Source: Leucoraja erinacea
Taxonomy: Eukaryota
Assembly: GCF_028641065.1 (NCBI RefSeq)
Contig: NC_073403.1
Coordinates: 14,260,001 to 14,324,000 of the forward strand
Length of the DNA: 64,000 nucleotides
Direction: 5' to 3'
In this document: positions 56,041-64,000 of the stretch, in pieces
Layout: each line of letters opens with the position of its first letter
Position numbering within the stretch: the stretch's first letter is position 1
The notes under the pieces: model-generated
What the model saw: the letters and a program-made list of their open reading frames with translations, nothing else
What the model was told of the DNA's origin: nothing
Database searches by the model: none
Translations under genes and position numbers: made by a program

Positions 56041-57532
56041 GAAACATTCCCTGATTATACTTAGGCTTAGACTCCTGTGATTTGCTTGTGAATCTCACCC
56101 TATTCCTGGCTTGTAGCCCATAAGATAGTGAGAAAATGCCATGGCAACCAGTTGCTAGATTACATCGTGCATGGTAAATAGTTCTTACTGAAATGCAGAA
56201 CATCTCCCTCTGTGCTCTGCGAAAGAAGCCTCCATAATGCTGAGCAGGCAGCTGGCCAAAGACACAAATGGAAGACAGGCTGCCGATAACATAAACAGCA
56301 TCCTCCCTGTAGAAATGAGGAACTGCAGGTTGACAAGAAAAAAGACAAAGCGCTGGAGTCACTCAGCAATGCATGTCCGCGGCACACGAGATCTCTTGTA
56401 CAGGCTGACCAAACCTGCTCTGTATCGGTGTGTCCTCCACATAAACACAAGCTCGGCATTCAATGTGTTCGTCTTTTATTTCACTGAGTTCTGTACCAAT
56501 TTGTCTCCTGTGGAGAGGATGTGTCCACTAGTGGGAGACTATGGGATCAGAGGGCATAGCCTCAGAATTAAAGGACGTTCCTGTAGGAAGAAGTTGAGGA
56601 GGAATATATTTAGTCAGAGATTGGTGAATCTGTGGAATTCATTGCCACAGAAGGCGGTTGAGGTCGTCGATGGATATTTTTAAGGCAGAGATTGGTAGAT
56701 CATTGATTAATAAGCTTGTCAGGGGTTGAGGGATCTATGCAATTTCCTCGCTTATTTTCCACCAGCACCATGGGGTGTTACCCCTCTAGGCCAGGGGATT
56801 TATCCAATATAAGGATAAAGAGTCTGACTATAAGGGTGAAGGTTCTGAAGAAGGGTCCCGATCCAAAACGTCACCCATCCATGTTCTCCTGAGATGCTGC
56901 CTGGCCCGCTGAGTTACTGCAGCACTTTGTCTATTTTTATTCCATTGGATGCCTGGAGCGCGTTGCCAAAAGTGGGGGCTGGAGGCAGAAACGACAGTGG
57001 GGCTTAAGAGGCGTTTTAGATAGCTGCGTGGACATGCAAGGAATAGAGGAATTTGGATCGTGTACAGGCGAACGCTTAGTTTAGCTTGACAACGTGTTCG
57101 GCACAAGCAATGTGGGCCGAAGGGCCCGTTCCTGTGCTGTACTGTTCCATGTTCTACGTAAGTGTAAGCTAACATTTTGGGTGATTCCGAACAAGGGTCC
57201 GACCTGCAACATTTCTTATCTATTCTATCCACAGATGTTGTCTAGATGTCGGGTCCTCCAGCACTTTGCTTCCCAGTAGCTCTTCTTATCGAATTCTCAG
57301 CTCACGCACAATCTGACCTGCACGTCCCCCTGCTGGGACTCTGGCAACCAAAGATACTAGAGGAGCTCTATAATCTTTGCTGGCAACATCCTCCTTTAGT
57401 GAGGGCGGGTGAACGCCTGCCTTCACTACCACAGCCACGGCCTCTGCCTCTGTGAAATGTTCTGCTTGCCTCACCCCTCCTCCAACTCCTTTTCTGAAAC
57501 GTCGCCGATCCATGTTATCTAGATATGCTGCC

Positions 57533-57570
57533 CAAAGATCCTATAGCAGAGCTCTGCTATAGGGTCTTTG
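57533..57570. mobile_element. 38-bp hairpin mini-element with 8-bp TSD (hAT-like)
   Basis: ATGCTGCC|CAAAGATCCTATAGCAGAG-CTCTGCTATAGGGTCTTTG|ATGCTGCC. Confidence 0.75.
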
Positions 57571-58468
57571 ATGCTGCCTGACCCGCTGAGTTACTCCAGC
57601 ACTTTATGTCTTCTTTTTTGACAACCAGATTTTGCAGTCAATGGAGACGGGTGTGAGTTCGGGGGGAAGGGAGAGTTGTGGTGGCAGGGATTAAATGGGA
57701 ACCAGGTCGTAGGGTCAGTGGCGAGTGATCTACGAGGGACAATGAGGACCAAAGATGATCTTTGATGAGGACCTTCTATCAGTTGGGAGAGAGGCCAGTG
57801 GGGATAGGGTAAAAAAAGTCAGTGGCGACATGGGTCGGTGGTGTCGACGGTCAGTGGTCTATGGGTCAAATGTGAACCTTCCATCAGTGGGAGGAAAGGT
57901 CAATGGGGACAAGGTGAAGGGGTCAGTGGACAGGGGGCAGGTGCGAGCATTGTGTCCCTGGCCCAGTCTCGGGGATTTGAGCTCGGACCGAGATAGGAGC
58001 AGAATTCGGCCATTCGGTCCATCAAGTCTACTCCGCCATTTAATCATGACTGATCTATCCAAAAATACTAGAGGATCTACTAGAAGCTCCTCTAGTATCT
58101 TTGGATCTATCTCTCCCTCCCTCCTAACCCCATTCTCCTGCCTTGTCCCCATAACCCCTGACACCCGTACTCATCAATCAAGTCAGGTCCATTCTTCGAG
58201 CCCTCTGTCCAAATCCTCCTCTTTTTTGAATAAAACGCACCCAGCCCGTCCCTCCCCTCCCTCAAACCCCACCCCTCGCCCCACTCCACTCCACTCCCGC
58301 TCTCCCCGGCCGGGCCAACTCTGTTTTCGCCCTGTGTCAGCAGCAGCCGAGCGGAGCGGAGAGAAGGCGCCCGTCAGCCCCCTCAGCCGTGGTCCCGGGG
58401 GATGCTCGGCGCTTCCATCTATAGTCAGACGCCGCCGGCTCGCCCGTCCGCCCGCCGCCCCGCTCCCG

Positions 58469-58477
58469 TATATATAA
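58469..58477 (+). promoter_or_regulatory. TATA box of MYL4
   Basis: TATATATAA embedded in GC-box-rich CpG DNA about 60 nt upstream of the MYL4 ATG. Confidence 0.8.
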
Positions 58478-58532
58478 GCCTCGCCGGCTCGTCCCGCCCG
58501 CCGCAGCCGCTGCAGACTCCGCTCCCTCCGCC

Positions 58533-58637
58533 ATGGCCCCCAAAAAAGAGGTGAAGAAGGAAGCCGCCAAGCCCGCTCCCCCGCCCGCGGAACCAGAGCC
58601 GCCCAAGGAGCCGGCCTTCGACCCAAAGAGTGTGCGG
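58533..58637 (+). CDS. MYL4: MYL4 exon 1 coding part
   Basis: Kozak CCGCCATGG; donor CGG|GTGAGT; 105 nt. Confidence 0.93.
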
Positions 58638-61600
58638 GTGAGTGAGTGAGTGAGTGAGTGCCCGGTCGCGGGCCGCTGTTTTCCGGGGCTCCGCTCCCTC
58701 CGCTATTGTCTCGGTCCAGGGCGGCGGCAGCGGCCGATACTGCGGGACCGACCCCCCGCCTCCAGCCATCGGGCCGGCGTCCGTGATCCACCCTCCCCGC
58801 CGCTTCGCCGTCTGTCTCTCTCTGCGGTCTAACCCGGCTCCATCCCCGCTGTCCGGGCACCGCTGGCTGCGGGAAGCGGGCGTCTCCCGGCCCCGACGGC
58901 TCAGCCACAGGACAAAGCTGCAGGCACCCCGGCTGCCCACGGGGCCGACACCGGGCACCGATCCCCATTCTCCCCCCCGTCCCCCGGTCTCTCTCACACC
59001 CCCCACCGTGTCCCCCCTCATTCCCAGTACCAACCCCCTTCCCCCCCACCACCAACTTCCGCGACCTTCCCGCCGCTTATTCTCAGTGGCCCCCAGAGCC
59101 CGGACAGTGACCCCCAGAGCCCGGCCAGTGGCCCCCCCAGAGCCCGGCCAGTGGCCCCCCAGAGCCCGGCCAGTGGCCCCCCAGAGCCGGCCAGTGGCCC
59201 CCCAGAGCCCGGCCAGTGGCCCCCAGAGCCCGGCCAGTGCGGGGACGAGCCGCGGGGCCCGCTTGCGTCTCTGCCAGAGCCGCACTGTGTGTGTGGCCCC
59301 CTGATGTGTCACCTCTCCGCCCGCGAAAACAGCGTCACTCTGTCTTCTCCCTTCACGGTGTTAACGCATCTCACCCGGATCTCATCACAGCCTCCACTGG
59401 TCGACGGAGGGGGACGGAGAGTGGGGTAGGGACTGCCGGGGGCCGGTGTCCGCTGTCGGTCAATGGGCGAGCGGCCCCACGGGCAGCCGGGGTGACTGAG
59501 TCCTCGCTCATGTGGCATCGACAGCTGTTACCCGCTGTCCGGTCACCAGACAGCGGGCGGACAGCGGGGTCGGAGTTGCGACGGATCCTAACCGGTGCTT
59601 TATAAAACTGCAACATGACCTCCTAACCCCTACACGAAAAGCTAGAATAACTCAGCTGGACATGCATCATCTCCGGAGAGAAGGAATGGGTGACATTTCG
59701 GGTCGAGACCCTTCTTCAGACTCGACCCCTACTTCCTAACCCCTGCACTGAACGCCCCGACCGGTAAAGGCAAGCACGCCGTTTGCCATATTTTACCACT
59801 CTATCTACTTCTGTTGCCACTTTCAGGGAGCTGCAGACTTGGATCTCAAAATCCCTCTGTATATCAGTGTGAACTTGTGTGAGCAAATTGCCCCTTTTAA
59901 AATTTTCCTCCCTCATCTTAAACATCACCTCCCGAGTTTTAGACTCTTCCTACCCTGGCGAAAAGACTGGCCATTATCCTTATCTGTGCCCCTTATGATT
60001 TTATATACCATTCATCTTCTGTTTGATACTTTGTAATTGGTTTATAGTTTGATACATTATAATGAACAGTAGAGGTTGGGCACATAGTGAAGAATGGCTA
60101 CAGTTTCCCATCACGTGCTCCCAGAGCGGGGACAGTGCAGGTGAGAAACATCTGCCATCTGGGTTATTGAGAAATGTAACATGGTCTCCACCTTTGAGGT
60201 CACGGCTGAGGCCAGTGAGGGACTAGACTGCAAGACTCCACAGTCCATAGCGAATGCTTTCCTCTGCAGCTTGAGCAGTCAGAGAGCAGGGATTCCCAGT
60301 GATCAGGAGGGATGCGGCAGGAGGCTTTGAAGAAGGGTTTCGGCCCGAAACGTTGCCTATTTCCTTCGCTCCATAGATGCTGCTGCACCCGCTGAGTTTC
60401 TCCAGCTTTTTTGTGTACCTTCGATTTTCCAGCATCTGCAGTTCCTTCTTAAATGCTTTGAACCCATCCTTGATTCTTTTCTCTGTCCACCTGTAATCTT
60501 TTCCCATAGAGTCTGGTATTGGGCAAACAATGGGCGTTGCTGCCCACCTTAGCCAACTGAGAATCCCCAGGGGATATTGCCCTGGGAGAGAACACAGATG
60601 TAGGTTCACACACCCGTCCAGTGAATTTGGAGGATTTTGCTGTGTTGGGGTTTCTCTAGTGTCCGTAGGGCATTCTATCGTTAGTGCAGGATGTTCACCT
60701 TAAGTACTCTAGCTAACACCTACAATATTACACGTTAAAGGACATTTGGACAGGTACTTAGATTGGAAAGGTTTAGAGATGAATGGGTCAAAGGCGGGCA
60801 AATGAAACAAGGATAGATGGTCATCTTGGTTAGCATGGACAATTTGGCCTGAAGATCCAGTCACCATGCTTGTATGACTCGTAACAGTTATACATTAGAA
60901 GTAAAATGGTGCGCTTCAGATCAGAGGAGGGACTGAGTAAGAACAGGTGAAGAGCTCAAAGAAAGTCAACTATGAGCAGCTTGTTGCAAAGAGCTGGAGC
61001 TAGGGAAACGCTGGGAGTGAAGGAGAAGTTCAGAGTGGTGTGGCTCCAGGCAGAGGCTCTGACAGTTTTGGTGTGTGAAGTATGAAGGAGTGTGGGGTGG
61101 ATAGGAAAGCAGATGCAGTGTAAATGAACACCAAATTAGAACACCAATTGCTCCTCGCAATGTAACACTGCCCTTCTGTTTGTTTCAGATTGAATTCAGC
61201 AACGACCAGATTGAAGGTGAGTTGATGTCAGGCAGTGACTCCAACCCCAACGCTGAGCTCGACCTCTGTCCGGTTACTGACCTGCTCCCCCGACCTTCAC
61301 CCTCGACCACCACACACCCCCACCCTGAGCAAGGACTGCAGCTTTAGCCCCAGACATTTACCCTGACTCCTGCTCTGGACACTGACCCCAGCCACCGGGG
61401 AGAGCCCCAATCCTGATATTGTTGACATCTAACACTGACCTCATTCCTTACATTGAAGCACCCAGGATCATACTTTATTCACTCTCTGATTCCTATCCCA
61501 GTGAAACTGATCTTGTCTCCTCTACTTGCCGTAAGTTTGATGTGTTGGCAGAGCTGAGTTTGTCTATTTAATTACTGTTCATTCACAGCATAGACACCTG

Positions 61601-62908
61601 TTTGTTTTCTTGTGACTGCGTACCTGCATGCTTTATTCTGAAGTATATCAATATTAATTGATTCTGATTAGTTGTATCTGTCCCTATACCTGGGCAAGTC
61701 CCTAACCCTACACTTGCCCCAATCCCTATATCTGTCTCTATACCAGAAACTGCCCCTATAACTGTACCAGCCTCTATCTCTACCTGTTCCTGTACCTATT
61801 TCTGCCACTATACCAGTTCCTGCAGCTGTCTCTTTATCTGTCCCTCTCTGTGTCTTTGCCCTATACATGTACCTGCCCCTATTTCTACCCCAATACTTCT
61901 ACCTTCCCTGTTCCTAAAACTCTACCTGTTCCTGTCCCTACATTTGTATGTGTATCTGTCCCTATACCTGTACCACCCCCCTTTACCTGTCCCTATATGT
62001 TACCTCGTCACTACCTGTGCTTATACTTATACCATCCCTATACCTGCACTAATTGCTGGACCATTCCCAGTACCCTGGCCCTGTAGCCAGCTCTCAGGTT
62101 TAGCTCTGTATTGTGGTCTGATGTTTCTCACGTCTATGGTTCCAATCCGTTCCTCTTGCCTCCACTTTCAGAATTCAAGGAAGCTTTCGCCCTTTTCGAC
62201 AGGACCCCGTCCTGTGAGATGAAGATCACCTACGCCCAGTGTGGTGATGTGATGCGAGCCCTTGGGCAGAACCCCACCAATGCCGAGGTCATGAAGCTGC
62301 TCGACAAACCCAAACCGGAAGGTCAGTCTCGGGGATGTGCAGCACCCGTCCATCATGACCCTCCAACCCACCGTCCAACGCTGGCAGTAATAAAACCAGC
62401 CGTGACACCAAGTGTGGGCAATAGCGACCAGTTCAACTCAAATGGATGTGGGACGAGACGGAATGGGGGATAAGATAAACACATGTTTGAACAGTAAACA
62501 CCCATTCACATGGACACACATGTACTGTATCTACACACCTATGATCACAAAGGTGGAGGGGTAAAGGTACTAAATTAAATGATAAATACAAATGGGCACA
62601 TACATGAACACAGGTGCAGGAACAGCCTCACCAATGGACACAAGACCAACACCGCTCCATGGTCCGTCCACAGCCCATTCTATCTACAGCTGCCCTAGCG
62701 GTCAGCCCGAACTTCTGCTTGCCTCCCCACACAGAGATGAACCAGAAGATGTTGGACTTTGAGACCTTTCTACCAATGCTGCAACACATCTCCAGAAGCA
62801 AGGACCAGGGCACTTTGGAAGATTTTATAGAAGGTTTGAGAGTCTTTGACAAGGAAGGGGACGGCACGGTGATGGGGGCCGAGCTTCGCCACGTCCTTGC
62901 AACGCTGG
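58533..62908 (+). CDS. MYL4: myosin light chain 4 (atrial/embryonic essential light chain), coding exons 1-4; 3' exons not found in window
   Basis: [35 protein letters not shown]|IEFSNDQIE|[40 protein letters not shown]...|[67 protein letters not shown] and [11 protein letters not shown] favour MYL4 over MYL3. Exons 58533-58637, 61189-61216, 62172-62321, 62735-62908. Confidence 0.9.
59084..59240. repeat. GC-rich minisatellite, ~21-23-bp unit CAGTGGCCCC(C)CAGAGCCCGGC x ~7, in MYL4 intron 1
   Basis: Direct tandem units visible. Confidence 0.9.
60327..60452 (+). mobile_element. Penelope-derived fragment with hammerhead-like motif
   Basis: TTGAAGAAGGGTTTCGGCCCGAAACGTTG...CCAGCATCTGCAGTTCCTTCTTAAA. 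Confidence 0.7.
61189..61216 (+). CDS. MYL4: MYL4 exon 2 (IEFSNDQIE)
   Basis: 28 nt, CAG/GTGAGT. Confidence 0.92.
61675..62085. repeat. degenerate hexamer tandem repeat (CCTGTA/CCTATA/TGTCCC) in MYL4 intron 2
   Basis: 6-bp periodicity; low-complexity ORFs (VPVP, RDRYRD). Confidence 0.75.
62172..62321 (+). CDS. MYL4: MYL4 exon 3 (EF-hand 1 region)
   Basis: 150 nt, CAG/GTCAGT. Confidence 0.95.
62735..62908 (+). CDS. MYL4: MYL4 exon 4
   Basis: 174 nt, CAG/GTGAGT. Confidence 0.95.
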
Positions 62909-64000
62909 GTGAGTAGGTTTGGAGCCGGGTGTAGGCCCAGTGTGTTACTGAGCGTTCCAGCATTGAGCTTACATTTCTACTGGTTAATGACTTCTACCGT
63001 ATTCCTTGCAGATAACAATTCAGCGAACCACACTCATTGGCATCTTCCATCTTTTCCCCTTTCGGCTCACTCCTCTCACAAGGGTCCCAGAGCATGATTG
63101 CCCAATTGGCTGAATCACTTATCTACTTGTTTCTTTTACACCACAGACAGCACTAGGGGGAGGGGAGGGGGGGGGAGGGGAGGGGGGGGGGGGGGGGGGT
63201 GGGGGGGGTGGGAGATGGACAGAAACCTAAATGTTCCATCCCTACCAGTATTGCTTGCCGCTCTGTTACCCAGTCCACAGGCAGAGTAGATGGAGAGGGA
63301 TCTGTGGATGTGATGGTGGGCTGCGGCCCACCCACTGTCAGGAAACACATGGTCCAGGTGAACGTCCAATCAGCAGCAGAACGTCTTGTTGGGTACATGA
63401 GGCAGAGAGGGCAAGGGGTGGGCTGGGTTAGGCCGGGGCGGGCTGGGTAGGCAGGGGTGGGCCAGTCGGTGCAGGTTCTTCACGGGAGGATTCCACAGGC
63501 TGATAGATGAGGATAATGATCAGAGACAAAATATGAAACGGATCTGGCAGTGTCCGTGGACCAGTAGAGTACTGCGTCTAGTGGGAGGGACGTCTTCTAA
63601 ATCTTATGTATCCATTAAAGAACTTCCTGCGAGCTCCAGTCTCGCTTGATGCCTGTCCAATGCACAAGGAACATCCATGGGGTGAACACGGACCATAGAT
63701 GAGATCAACAATTCTCTCCAAACATATTCAGTCAAGTTCCAGTCGCTGGTTATTACTGCAGACTCAGCCTTCAACAGCCCAGGGAGGGCACCTAGTTCTT
63801 GGGTGGTTCGTGGCAAATGGGCATCTAATTAGTAGAGCATTGCTGTGGCCTGTCATAGAGTTATACAGCATGGGAACAGGCCATTCTGCTTCGTCTGTTC
63901 ATGCCGACCAAGTTGCCTAACCAAGAGAAACACAATTGCTTGTCCCTGGCCCAAACCATTTCTATCCATGTACCTGTCCAAATATCTTTTAAATGTCAGA

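Larger units (their letters stand above)
51909..56306 (-). pseudogene. candidate decayed/divergent leucine-rich-repeat-like gene (exon-like segments 56189-56306, 55830-55863, 53518-53831, 52252-52321, 51909-52007)
   Basis: AG/GT-bounded, phase-compatible segments give a hydrophobic N-terminus, LRR-like periodic stretches and LQHLQDLQMLELKPWICDCR (LRRCT-like PWxCDC). The last segment has in-frame stops. Inference only. Confidence 0.4.
58240..59600. promoter_or_regulatory. CpG island over MYL4 promoter, exon 1 and intron 1
   Basis: Very high GC and CpG density relative to flanks. Confidence 0.75.

Noticed and set aside
56189-56306. Growth hormone/prolactin-family signal-peptide exon (GH lies near DDX42 in mammals)
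   Set aside because: No downstream GH/PRL helical-cytokine motifs found; neighbouring segments look LRR-like instead.
59084-59240. CRISPR-like array
   Set aside because: No unique spacers; eukaryotic tandem minisatellite.
57755-59605. Several 200-300 aa overlapping ORFs around MYL4 exon 1
   Set aside because: By-products of a GC-rich CpG island and minisatellite (few stops); Pro/Gly/Arg-rich with no recognisable homology.
62909-64000. MYL4 exon 5
   Set aside because: No EKM/L..EVE.L..GQED.NG-like sequence recognised; it presumably lies beyond the window.

Overview
Vertebrate (eukaryotic) genomic DNA, most likely a cartilaginous fish such as a skate or ray. This is inferred from abundant HE1/V-SINE-like, CR1 and Penelope-derived repeats. 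Three intron-containing genes are clearly supported. (1) The 5' part of DDX42 lies on the minus strand, with 9 coding exons at 779-12628, and continues off the left edge. (2) A complete STRADA pseudokinase lies on the plus strand, with 12 coding exons at 22618-49932 giving 423 aa. It is head-to-head with DDX42 across a CpG-island bidirectional promoter at about 14.5-15.6 kb, and no CCDC47 is visible between them. (3) The first four coding exons of MYL4 (atrial/embryonic essential myosin light chain) lie on the plus strand at 58533-62908. Introns and intergenic DNA are filled with CR1, L2, Rex1-like and Tx1 LINE fragments, V-SINEs, Penelope-derived fragments with minimal hammerhead-ribozyme motifs, Harbinger-like MITEs, Helitron-like ends and an internally deleted IR/DR Tc1 element. 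The most notable unexplained signals are a phase-compatible chain of minus-strand exon-like segments between STRADA and MYL4 encoding a decayed or divergent leucine-rich-repeat-like protein, two 33-38 bp hairpin insertions with perfect 8-bp target duplications, and two independent Penelope-fragment insertions at the same site of the V-SINE. All identities come from reading the sequence and recalled homology. No searches were run.
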